A stretch of 64,000 bases of DNA from Candidatus Binatia bacterium. Lineage in GTDB: Bacteria > Desulfobacterota > Binatia > Bin18. This document shows positions 51,965 to 61,711 of this stretch, piece after piece. Under the pieces are notes generated by a model, which did no database searches, was not told the origin of the DNA, and saw nothing but the letters and a program-made list of their open reading frames with translations. The translations under genes and the position numbers were made by a program. The stretch's first letter is position 1. Every line of letters begins with the position of its first letter. Where the stretch lies: positions 128,001 through 192,000 of the forward strand of contig CAXXHG010000043.1 in NCBI GenBank assembly GCA_963666315.2, written 5' to 3'.

Positions 51965-52839
51965 TTCAGGAACTCTTTTGTGACTTTGAGGAACTCATCA
52001 AGCTGGTCGTGATGGACCCAATGTCCGGCTTTTTGGATTGTCGCAATTTTTGGATTTTGGAACGCTTTCGCGCGTTCGTCTTTCTCAAGATCAGCCGCCC
52101 ACGACTCACTCCCCCGAATCAACAAAAGCGGGCAAGTGATCCGCCCCCAAATTTCCTGAGCGTCATCCATATTGAACCGATAGGGCGACCGCGCGCGCGC
52201 ATAGTTATCAAATTTCCAGGTATACGTGCCGTCCTCATTTCGATTGGTTCCATACAGAGTAAGGTGGCGGGCCTGCTCCGGGCTAAGGTGCGGATTAGCG
52301 TCGCGCATGCGCTCCACCGCTTCCTCAAGTGTCTTATAGTGCCGTGGCAGTCGGCCAGCAAATCCACGCATTTCCCTCACCCAGTGTTGCATGCGTTCAT
52401 AGGCATACTTCGGCTGCTCTTGCAACATCTGCGGGGGAGGCCCCCAGCCTTCAATAGACACGGCTTTCGTGACTTTTTCGGGGTAGACGCCTGTGTACTG
52501 AAGGACAATGCCACCACCGAGTGAGTGACCAATCAAGGTGACGGGAAACGAATCGAGCTGAGCCAAGAGCTGAGCAATATCGACCACGTGCTCAATCATC
52601 GAATACTCGCTGCCTCTGGCCCACTCTGAGTCTCCATGCCCGCGCAAATCCGGAGCAACGATGTGGTAGTCGTCGCGCAGCGTCAGGGCCACCCAGTCCC
52701 AATTGCGGCAATGATCCCGTCCACCGTGAATCAGGACCAGCAACGGCTTGTCAGGATTCCCCCAATCAACGTACTGCAGCTTGAGACGCTGCGAGTAAAA
52801 ATAGTGCGACGTAGGGCCGATAATCTGTTGTCTTGCCAT
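51961..52839 (-). CDS. Alpha/beta hydrolase
   Basis: HGGRDHCRNW, DLRGHG, GHSLGG, GHWVHHD. Confidence 0.92.
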   Translation of the reverse strand: MARQQIIGPTSHYFYSQRLKLQYVDWGNPDKPLLVLIHGGRDHCRNWDWVALTLRDDYHIVAPDLRGHGDSEWARGSEYSMIEHVVDIAQLLAQLDSFPVTLIGHSLGGGIVLQYTGVYPEKVTKAVSIEGWGPPPQMLQEQPKYAYERMQHWVREMRGFAGRLPRHYKTLEEAVERMRDANPHLSPEQARHLTLYGTNRNEDGTYTWKFDNYARARSPYRFNMDDAQEIWGRITCPLLLIRGSESWAADLEKDERAKAFQNPKIATIQKAGHWVHHDQLDEFLKVTKEFLK

Positions 52840-52991
52840 GTTGCATCCTCTCCGTGAGGAATTGTATAGACGGACACAATAAGGCGGCAACACCCCGATA
52901 CAGAAAGAGCCGGCGGGAATCTTGTTAGGATAGTTCGTCTAACAACGTTACCGGAGAGGATTACAGGGGGATAGCATCACACGCGAGAGGT

Positions 52992-53408
52992 TCAAAAATG
53001 TGTTGGTGTAATGAGTTGCCCAGTTGGGAAGTATGTTTTCATGCATGCCTCGTCGCGGGTTAAGAGGAACAATTCCGCCACTGCCGCATAAGCACCAATG
53101 AAGAAGTCGTGTGATGGTGAGAGCTTATTTCCAGTACGCCTTCGGTATTGGAGAAAGGCTTTTCCGGCTAAGAAGAGCGCCTCCTTGGGGATAGGGAGGA
53201 ATTGGAACCCGCCGACAGTGAGGGCGTTTTCCGATTCTTCTATACGCTGAAAGCCAACTGAAATTTCGGAATAAATAACAGGGTTGATATACAGCGTGTG
53301 ACTTGCAGCATATTGGTTGAGGGCGGACTCAGACCATTCGGCCCACGCCGCATCATTTTCAAACACGTCCAAGATGACGTTGGAGTCGACCAGCACACCG
53401 CTCATCAA
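52992..53408 (-). CDS. VapC/PIN-domain toxin
   Basis: VLVDSNVILD, YSEIS, DFFIGA, LLTRD, TYFP. Confidence 0.88.
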   Translation of the reverse strand: MMSGVLVDSNVILDVFENDAAWAEWSESALNQYAASHTLYINPVIYSEISVGFQRIEESENALTVGGFQFLPIPKEALFLAGKAFLQYRRRTGNKLSPSHDFFIGAYAAVAELFLLTRDEACMKTYFPTGQLITPTHF

Positions 53409-53638
53409 CTGCCTCGGGTTAAGGCCATAATTTCGTCGGTACTCATTTTAACGGTCGCAATGCCTCTGAGGCGACGAAATCTTTGCGGCGCAGGCGTGGT
53501 TACGTCCTGCTTAACGAGGACAATCCGTCCATCCTCCTCAATAAAATCTACTTCGCTATATGGGGTGATCCCCATCTTCTCCCGGATATGTTGGGGGATA
53601 GTGACTTGCCCTTTTCTTCTGACGCGCATTTTATTCAC
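53405..53638 (-). CDS. AbrB/MazE-type antitoxin
   Basis: KGQVTIPQHIRE...STDEIMALTRG; 4-bp overlap with the toxin. Confidence 0.9.
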   Translation of the reverse strand: MNKMRVRRKGQVTIPQHIREKMGITPYSEVDFIEEDGRIVLVKQDVTTPAPQRFRRLRGIATVKMSTDEIMALTRGS

Positions 53639-53655
53639 CTCTTCAGATAAGGGTG

Positions 53656-53677
53656 TATTACTAGTAATAGTATTACT
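53656..53677. promoter_or_regulatory. Overlapping palindromes, candidate TA operator
   Basis: TATTACTAGTAATA (53656-53669) and AGTAATAGTATTACT (53663-53677). Confidence 0.65.
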
Positions 53678-53711
53678 TCAGAGAAGATCGAGTAAGCTCT
53701 CTTTGGAAAGA

Positions 53712-56700
53712 CTAAGGACCTCTCCTCCGCATCAAGCCCTTATCGAACGCGCGTTTAATCTGGTCAAGAAGGAGCGTCGAGTAACGCCTTTGCCTCTTGT
53801 AAATCTTTGGTATCAAAGCCTTCGGTGAATCAGTTGTAGACGGGAGCGAGGAGGTCGCGGGCTTCTTTCGGCTTCCCCTGCCGTTGCCACAGCCACGCCA
53901 GGCTCGTGGCGGCGCGCAGTTCCCAGGACTTCGCTTCTTGCTGTTTGGCAATATCGATGGCCTTCCGAAAACACCCCTCTGCTTCTTCGCCGTTGAACCT
54001 AGAACCTTGAAGTTTGAAGTTTTCCAGTATCAACTCCCCTTTGAGCCGATACAGCTCCGCTTCATAGAACCGCTCGTCGGTTCGCTCGACAAAAGCCAAC
54101 GCCTCGGCCACCGTTCTGAGCCGGCTCTCAACCTGCCCGTCTTTCCCGTAGGCCTCGGCCAATAAGGCAAGAAACTGCGACCGCCACAACTCTGACCCCG
54201 TGGCCCGCCAGGCATCCAGTCCCCCACGTGTCTGGCTGAGGCCTGCTGCTCCATGCCCTTGGTGGACTAGTGCCCAACCCCGCAGAATAGTTCCCGACGC
54301 CAAGAAGAGCGGAAAGCCCTGCTCGGTCGACAGCGCAACGAGGGCCTCGGCTCGGTCTTGGGCCCTCGTTGCTGCCCTTCAGCGCCTGCTCCGGATAGCC
54401 CAGATGCCACAGGGCTATGGTCGTATTGCAGAGACAGGCTACTCCAGGGTCAAACGACCCTTAGCTGAACGCCAAAGAAAGGTGCTGCGGGGCGTCGTAG
54501 AGTGCACTCCCCTGCTCCAGGCGAGTGCGGCCAGGGGCGAGGTCTCCCTGGTAGAACAAGCTGGACCCCAACGCCAAATGAGCCTCCAGCAGGAGAGCGG
54601 AGTCTTGCTGGCTTTGGGCCAAGCGCAGGAGTTGCTCGGCCAGCTCCTGTGCCGTCTTGTGCTCCGCCCGCGTAAAATAAAACGCAAGTAGCCCATACAG
54701 CGTCGGGAAGGTCTCAGACGTGTCCCCCATCTGCTCACACAGCTCCCGTGCCCGTAGGTACACGTTCCCCGCTTCCGGGACAGCCCAGCTCTTGGTGGCA
54801 ACGAGTGGCACGCCCAAGGCCACCTGCAGCACGAGCTCATGCTGGCTGCGCTCCGGACTGTCCGGCAGGGTCTGGAGCAGCTCGATGGCCGTGATGAAGT
54901 GGCCGACCGCTGCACGGTCTGGTGGCCAGCCAGCCCGAGATACGCGACGGCCTTCTCCGCATTCCCACTGCGACTGTAGTGATGTGCCAGTTCACTGTAG
55001 TGGTCGCCCACACGCGCCTTATTCAGCTCTTCCATCGCCTGGCCTGTCCGCTCATGTAACGCTTTGCGCTGCTCGTGCAGCACCGTGCCATACGCCACGT
55101 CCTGGGTCAGCGCGTGCTTGAAGACGTATTCCACCTCGGGAAACGCCGGCTGTTCATACAGAAACTCTTTGCGTTGGAGGGATACCAAAACCCGGTACAG
55201 GGTGTCTTCGGGCAGGGAGACCACTCCCTGGACCAGCCGCAAGGGAAACGCCCGGCCGATGACCGAAAGTTGCTGGAGCAGGGCTTTCTCATCGGGCGCC
55301 AGCCGGTCAATCCGGGCGGCAAGCACGCCTTGGACCGTCGGTGAAATGTGCAACTCTGGTGGCGTTGCCTCTAGGCGATAGTTTCCCCGCTCGCCGCTGA
55401 GCGCCCCTTCCTCGGCTAAGGTCTGCACCACCTCTTCCATAAAAAACGGCGTACCGTCCGTTTTCTCTAAGATGAGCGCCTTGAGTGGAGTGAGGCTGGC
55501 ATCCGTCCCCGGCAGAAACGACAGCAATTCCTCCGCTTCGTTCTTCCCGAGAGGCGCCAGGCGCAGCTGGGTGTAATACCTCTTCTGGCCCCACTCGTGG
55601 CGATACTCGGGTCGATAATTGACCAACAGCACGAGGGGGCACCGACCACGCTCTCACTCAGCGTATCCAGAAAGCCTTGGGTCTCGGTGACTATCCAGTG
55701 CAGGTCTTCGAAGATGAGAATGAGGGGTTGATTGAGGCTCTCGCGCAGGAAGAGTTTCTTGAGCCCGTCAAACGTCCGCTGACGCCGTATCTGGGCGTCC
55801 ATTTGTTGCAGGGATGAGCTGGGGTCTGCGATACCAAGCAAGGAAAAGAGATACGGCAGGGTCTCTTCGAGACTCCGATCGAGCATCAGGACTTTACCGC
55901 CGACCTTTTCTTTCCGTGTCCGTTCCTCATCGGTCGGGTCAATCTGGAAATAGGTCTTCAGCAGCTCAATGAGGGGCAGATACGGTGACGCCTTCCCATG
56001 CGACACCGCAAACACTTCGAGCACCAGACAGCCGCTTTGGGAGGTAAGTTTGAACTCGTAAAACAGGCAGGATTTCCCCAGCCCCGGCTCGCCTAGTACC
56101 CCCACGATTTGGCCGTGGCCGTCCTTGGCCTGCTCGAACGCCCGTTGCCGCTGGTCCAGCTCGCTGTGACGCCCCACAAAGCGCGTGAGTCCACGCCGGG
56201 CAGAGACCTGCAATCGAGTGCGGAGTGGGCCAGCGCCTAAGACCTCATAGACATTCAGCGGCTCTTCGACGCCTTTGATGTGCGTCTGGCCCAGGTCTTT
56301 GAACTCGAAGTAGCCGTCGGTGAGCTTATGGGTGTACGCCGTGACGAGGATAGAGCCGGGGGCAGCGAGTTGTTCCATCCGGGCGGCCAGGTTCGTGGAG
56401 TGGCCGACGGGGACATAGTCGGTATGCAGGTCGTCTTTGCGAATGGAGCGCACCACCACTTCGCCCGTGTTCAGCCCCACGCGCACCATGAGCGGAGCGC
56501 GTCCCTGCTCCCGGAGCGTATCCGCATACCCCCGCATCTCTTCTTGCATCCGCAGCGCCGCATACAGCGCTCGCTGCGGATGGTCTTCATGCGCGATCGG
56601 CGCCCCGAACAACGCAAAGATGCCGTGACCCAGCGCTTAGGCCACGTAGCCGTCATAGCGATGCACCGCGTCCATCATCAGTTGCAGCGCCGGATCGATA

Positions 56701-57091
56701 ATCGCGCGGGCGTCTTCGGGGTCGAGGCCTTCAATCATGGCCGTGGAGCCTTTGAGGTCGGCAAACAGCGCGGTGATGGTTTTGCGCTCCCACGTGATTC
56801 CATCGCCGCTTGTTCGGCGCGGATGCGCTCGGCTAGGTGCTGCGGCGTGTAGCTGGCAGGGGACTGGGAGGTAGTCTCCGACGCTTCTACCGTCTGCCCT
56901 CCTTCTCCATTCCATATGAGTCCCCGCCCGTCCGCTTCTGAAATCTCTGGATGCGAGAAGAGGAGTTCTTCTTTGAGGTCTTCCAGATATTGGTCATCCA
57001 GGCCGAAACGCCTCTTGATTCCCCGGTAGGAGAGTCGTTTGTCGCGCTCTAGCAGCGTTAAGACCTGTTCCAAGACGTCGTCAAATTCCAT
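53712..57091 (-). pseudogene. Cyclase-AAA-TPR (STAND-like) gene, copy E, multiply disrupted
   Basis: N-module MEFDDVLEQV..., TITALFADLKGS, FGAPIAHEDH, NLAARME, GEPGLGKS, FEDLHW, FKHALTQ, RFYEAELYRLKGEL; several stops and frameshifts. Confidence 0.92.
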
Positions 57092-57112
57092 AAACGCAAC
57101 CTGTTTAAGGAG

Positions 57113-57142
57113 AGTATAGATGAGAGAAGAAAACGAGACTAG
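57113..57142 (-). promoter_or_regulatory. Putative promoter of cyclase copy E (CTAGTC-N18-TATACT)
   Basis: Same architecture as copies A and C; -10-like box 21 nt from ATG. Confidence 0.5.
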
Positions 57143-57237
57143 GTTCGGGAATGCTACCGAGAGCGACAGGATAGTGCTATATCCGGTTGGCAAAGAGAGC
57201 CCTGCTGTCAGGATTGAAAAGCAAAAGGAGAGAACTG

Positions 57238-58020
57238 ATGGAAACACGCTACGGAGATGTTGAAGTAACGCTGGCCGATCATGTCGCAACCGCAGAAATC
57301 CAACGACCGCCGAATAATTTCTTTGATACTGAACTCATTACATCTCTGGCGAACGCGTTTGAAGACCTGGATAAAGAAATGGACTGTCGGGCTATCGTGC
57401 TAGCAGCAGATGGCAAGCATTTCTGTGCAGGCGCCAATTTCCATACGGGTCAGGCAGAGCGGGATTTGCGCGATGTCGGGACCGGCAACCCACTCTACGC
57501 CGAGGCCGTACGGCTGTTTGCCGGCAAGAAGCCGGTTGTTGGTGCGATCCAGGGCGCTGCCATTGGTGGCGGCTTTGGGCTCGCATTAGTGCCAGACTTT
57601 CGCGTGTTATGCTCAGAGACTCGGTTTGCCGCGAATTTCGTCAAACTCGGCTTTCATCCTGGCTTTGGACTAACGACCACACTCCCCCGGCTGATTGGCG
57701 AGCCACGTGCCAACCTCATTTTCCAAACAGGCCGACGTATTGGGGGTGAGGAAGCCTATGCCTGGGGTTTGGGTGAGGTTCTGACTGAAAAGGAAAACGT
57801 GCGGTCTGCAGCCTTAGAGTTGGCCAAGGAAATTGCGGAGAACGCGCCCCTCGCCGTACAGTCCGTACGGGCGACCATGCGGGACGGCATCGCGGCTGCC
57901 GTAAAAGCCGCCACCGATCACGAGTTCAAAGAACAGCACCGCCTCCAGCAGACCGAAGATCATAAAGAAGGCCTCAAAGCTGTGGCGGAACGCCGTCCTG
58001 GGAATTTTGTGGGAAGGTAG
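57238..58020 (+). CDS. Crotonase-fold protein
   Basis: RPPNNFF, HFCAGANF, AIGGGFGLAL, APLAVQS. Confidence 0.9.
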   Translation: METRYGDVEVTLADHVATAEIQRPPNNFFDTELITSLANAFEDLDKEMDCRAIVLAADGKHFCAGANFHTGQAERDLRDVGTGNPLYAEAVRLFAGKKPVVGAIQGAAIGGGFGLALVPDFRVLCSETRFAANFVKLGFHPGFGLTTTLPRLIGEPRANLIFQTGRRIGGEEAYAWGLGEVLTEKENVRSAALELAKEIAENAPLAVQSVRATMRDGIAAAVKAATDHEFKEQHRLQQTEDHKEGLKAVAERRPGNFVGR

Positions 58021-58037
58021 TTTCAGACTAGAGCAGG

Positions 58038-58061
58038 AGAGGGCGCGGCATGCGCCTCTAC
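58038..58061 (-). repeat. REP-like GTAG palindrome
   Basis: GTAGAGGCGCATGCCGCGCCCTCT between convergent genes. Confidence 0.5.
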
Positions 58062-58089
58062 GCACTAACAGAAAACAACACTCAGCTTA

Positions 58090-61000
58090 TCACCATGTAT
58101 CAATACATGGCCGCTTTTTCCCCGTACGGGGTTCCGGCGGCGGCGATGAGCGGAGTGCAGTCATAATCCAGCGTCGTGACTCGGCTGGATCAATCACATC
58201 ATCAATCTCAAAATACGTAGCCGTGCTGAGCGCTTTGCCATTTTCATACATCTTGGCGACGAGCCGTTCGTAGAGTTCTGTGCGTTTAGAAGGGTCCGTT
58301 TCAGCCTCCAATTCTTTACGAAAACCCAGCTTAACCGCCCCTTCTAACCCCATGCCACCAAACTCGCCCGTTGGCCAAGAAACCGCAAAACAAGGCGCCT
58401 TGAAGCTCCCGCCAGCCATCCCTTGGGCCCCTAATCCATACGACTTGCGCAACACAATGGTGAAGAACGGAACAGTCAGGCTCGAACCGGTCACAAACAT
58501 ACGGCAGCAGTGCCGCACCAGGGCGGTCTTTTCTGCCTCAGGACCGACCATATTGCCCGGCGTGTCACACAGCATGAGCAGTGGAATATCAAACGCATCA
58601 CATAACTGCATAAACCGCGTCGCCTTGTCCGCAGCATCGGAATCGATAGCCCCGCCCAGATGTTTAGGATTGTTGGCAATTAGACCGATCGAGCGTCCCT
58701 CGACGCGGATGAAGGCGGTGACCATGCCAATACCGAAGTGTTTGCGAATCTCCAACACTGAGCCGGTGTCGGCTAAGGTCTGTATGACATCGCGAACCTC
58801 ATACACGCGCAGCCGATTCTCCGGCACGATGCTGCGCAGCAAGCGCTGCTCAGAGCATTCCCAGTCCGCTATTGGCCCCTGGAAGTAAGACAGGTATTGC
58901 TTGGCCACCCGTACAGCCTCAGCTTCATCCTTGACCGGAATATCCACCACCCCATTCGGCACCTGCACGGCCATGGGACCAACTTCTTCCGGCCGGAACA
59001 CACCTAGACCGCCCCCCTCGATCATGGCCGGACCGCCCATGCCAATATTCGAACCTTCAGTAGCAATTATCACGTCACAACAGCCCAGGATCACGGCGTT
59101 ACCGGCAAAGCAACGGCCCGAAGTAATGCCGACTAGCGGCACCATGCCGCTGAGCTTACCCCACAAATAAAAAGCAGGCACGTCGAGGCCGGACGGGCTC
59201 GACCAGTCCGTATCGCCAGGACGACCACCGCCGCCTTCAGCAAAGAAGACAACCGGCAGCTGCCACCTTTCGGCCAGCTCGAACATGCGATCTTTTTTGT
59301 AATGATTCTTAAACCCCTGGGTACCGGCGAGGACAGTGTAGTCATACGAAATAACGATACACTGCGCCGCTTTCTCCTCAAACAGGTCACCGTTGACACG
59401 GCCGACTCCGGCGATCATTCCGTCCGCCGGGGTACGTTTAATCAAATCATCGAGCGAGCGCCGCTGCCGTTGGGCAGCAATAATCATAGGCCCATACTCG
59501 ACGAAGGTATCTGCATCGCAGATGTCGTATACATTCTCACGCGCCGTACGTTGGCCGGTCTTACGCCGTCGGGCGACCGCTTCCGGCCGAGCGGCATCAA
59601 GCCCCAACTCGTGGCGTTCGATGACATCCGCAAGATCAGGACGGATGTAGTCGAGGTCGAGCTTCTCTTCTTGTATCGTCTCCGTAAGCTCGACTTCAGT
59701 CTCCTCAATGAAGGCAAGTGGATGTCCTTCGAAGACTGCGTCTCCTTGGTTGACAGTAAGCTGGCGGATAATGCCACTCGTTTCGGCTGAGATCACATGC
59801 TCCATTTTCATGGATTCCATGATCAGGAGCTGCTGGCCTACGTGGACAAGATCGCCCTCACTCACCTCAAGACTGACTATCGTCCCTTGTAAAGGAGCAG
59901 GGATGGCAATTGTGCCGTCAGGACCAACCACATCGACGGCCGGAGTCTGCACGGCCGGGGCGGCAGAGGCTGCCTGACTCGCAGATTTGCCATGATCGAG
60001 CACGGCTAAGGGATCAACTGTGTCTATTTTAACGCCGGCAAGTTTGCCGCCGGCAAGCGCAGGTGCCCCCGCCTGGACGGCTTCTGTATGAAAAAAGAAG
60101 CGTTGGTGCTCACCTGAGTCAACTAGCTCCGCTATATGCTCCTCAACAAAACGAGTGTAGACCTGGTTTTTTGTCACGTCAGTATGCTGCAAAAGGCTTT
60201 GTAAGAATGGAATATTGGTCGCGACGCCTTCGATTTTAAACTCACACAGCGCACGGTATGTTCTGATCACAACGTCGGAAAAATCCGGCGACGATGAATA
60301 CCCAATCAGTTTGGCCAGGAGCGAGTCGAAACTCGGACTGGTGGTATAACCAACATAGCCGAATGAATCTGTTCGCACACCAGGACCCGACGGGACCTCA
60401 AACGTGGACAATGTCCCACTCGATGGTCGGATCGTGCCATCAGCTGCCGTAGTCTCCATATTGATACGGACCTGCATCGCAAACCCACGCGGCTCAGGAA
60501 TACTCGCCTGGGTGAGTCCAAGATCAGCCAGCGAGCTTCCTCCAGCAATCCGTAATTGCGCCTTTACGAGGTCCACACCCGTCACTTCTTCTGTCACGGT
60601 ATGCTCAACTTGCAGCCGCGCATTGGCTTCAATAAATGCAAATGTCGCGTCGTCGCCGTTGGGTGCAGCATCAACGAGAAACTCAAACGTGCCCAGACTA
60701 GCGTACTGCACTTCCTGTGCGAGCCGGACTGCAGCCGTACTCAAGCGCTCTTTGAGATGAGACGAAAGCCCGGGAGACGGAGCGATTTCCACCAACTTCT
60801 GGTTGCGACGTTGAATACTACATTCACGCTCACCCAGATGACTGACCGCGCCAGACCCGTCGCCAATGACCTGCACCTCAATGTGTCGAGCACGGAGGAC
60901 GAGTTGCTCAACATACACGTCACCACTACCGAACGCCGCTTTTGCTTCGGACTGACACCGGGTGTAGGCCGTGTCAATTTCATCGACCGCATGAACAGCG

Positions 61001-61509
61001 CGCATACCACGGCCGCCGCCACCGGCTATGGCCTTGATCATCACCGCCGCATCGGCGCCTAATGACACCAGGAAATCTCTCGCCTCTTCCAGACTCGTCG
61101 AACCCGACGTCCCAGGCAGCACGGGGACTCCGCATTTTTTGGCCAGTAGCCGCGCTTGTCCTTTGTCGCCAAACAGGGCAAGCGTTTCGACTTGTGGTCC
61201 GACAAAAGTGACGCCGGCCTCGGCACACTGCCTGGCAAACTCCGCGTTCTCGCTTAAAAACCCATAGCCTGGATGAATCGCGTCACAGCCGGCTTGCTTA
61301 GCAACGGCAACGATTTGCTCGATATCGAGGTAGGCGGCAACACCACGGCCTTGGAGCGGCCGTGCCTCATCCGCCTTACGGGTATGGAGCGAGTGCACAT
61401 CGTCTTCAGAGAAAATGGTGACCGTGCGCATGCCGAGCTCGGCAGCCGCACGCACAATCCGAATAGCGATTTCACCTCGATTGGCGATCAGAAGACTCAT
61501 CAGACTCAT
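58090..61509 (-). CDS. Single-chain acyl-CoA carboxylase (BC-BCCP-CT, LCC-type)
   Basis: IANRGEIA, HPGYGFLSEN, RLQVEH; biotinyl motif MESMKME; CT motifs DYTVLAGTQG, GGPAMIEGGG, DTPG. Confidence 0.93.
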   Translation of the reverse strand: MSLMSLLIANRGEIAIRIVRAAAELGMRTVTIFSEDDVHSLHTRKADEARPLQGRGVAAYLDIEQIVAVAKQAGCDAIHPGYGFLSENAEFARQCAEAGVTFVGPQVETLALFGDKGQARLLAKKCGVPVLPGTSGSTSLEEARDFLVSLGADAAVMIKAIAGGGGRGMRAVHAVDEIDTAYTRCQSEAKAAFGSGDVYVEQLVLRARHIEVQVIGDGSGAVSHLGERECSIQRRNQKLVEIAPSPGLSSHLKERLSTAAVRLAQEVQYASLGTFEFLVDAAPNGDDATFAFIEANARLQVEHTVTEEVTGVDLVKAQLRIAGGSSLADLGLTQASIPEPRGFAMQVRINMETTAADGTIRPSSGTLSTFEVPSGPGVRTDSFGYVGYTTSPSFDSLLAKLIGYSSSPDFSDVVIRTYRALCEFKIEGVATNIPFLQSLLQHTDVTKNQVYTRFVEEHIAELVDSGEHQRFFFHTEAVQAGAPALAGGKLAGVKIDTVDPLAVLDHGKSASQAASAAPAVQTPAVDVVGPDGTIAIPAPLQGTIVSLEVSEGDLVHVGQQLLIMESMKMEHVISAETSGIIRQLTVNQGDAVFEGHPLAFIEETEVELTETIQEEKLDLDYIRPDLADVIERHELGLDAARPEAVARRRKTGQRTARENVYDICDADTFVEYGPMIIAAQRQRRSLDDLIKRTPADGMIAGVGRVNGDLFEEKAAQCIVISYDYTVLAGTQGFKNHYKKDRMFELAERWQLPVVFFAEGGGGRPGDTDWSSPSGLDVPAFYLWGKLSGMVPLVGITSGRCFAGNAVILGCCDVIIATEGSNIGMGGPAMIEGGGLGVFRPEEVGPMAVQVPNGVVDIPVKDEAEAVRVAKQYLSYFQGPIADWECSEQRLLRSIVPENRLRVYEVRDVIQTLADTGSVLEIRKHFGIGMVTAFIRVEGRSIGLIANNPKHLGGAIDSDAADKATRFMQLCDAFDIPLLMLCDTPGNMVGPEAEKTALVRHCCRMFVTGSSLTVPFFTIVLRKSYGLGAQGMAGGSFKAPCFAVSWPTGEFGGMGLEGAVKLGFRKELEAETDPSKRTELYERLVAKMYENGKALSTATYFEIDDVIDPAESRRWIMTALRSSPPPEPRTGKKRPCIDTW

Positions 61510-61656
61510 GCAACCAACCTACTTTCTCATTGCGCTGCCTTTGCTGATTGTGTCGAAGAGGCGGGTGAGTGCTGCGCTGCCTCACATCCCCACCGTTGCT
61601 AGCCGTTGCCAGCCGTTGGAGGGAGACTCGCTGTTTGGGCGAGCGCATGGAATATC

Positions 61657-61693
61657 AAAACGGCCGGCGCGGAAGGGAGTCCCGCGCCGGCCG
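61657..61693 (-). terminator. Terminator after etfA
   Basis: 12-bp GC stem CGGCCGGCGCGG/CCGCGCCGGCCG followed by TTTT on the minus strand. Confidence 0.7.
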
Positions 61694-61711
61694 CGTTCTT
61701 GACGCTATTCC

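Noticed and set aside
58090-61509. Carbamoyl-phosphate synthase or pyruvate carboxylase
   Set aside because: Has a biotinyl MKM motif followed by acyl-CoA carboxyltransferase domains
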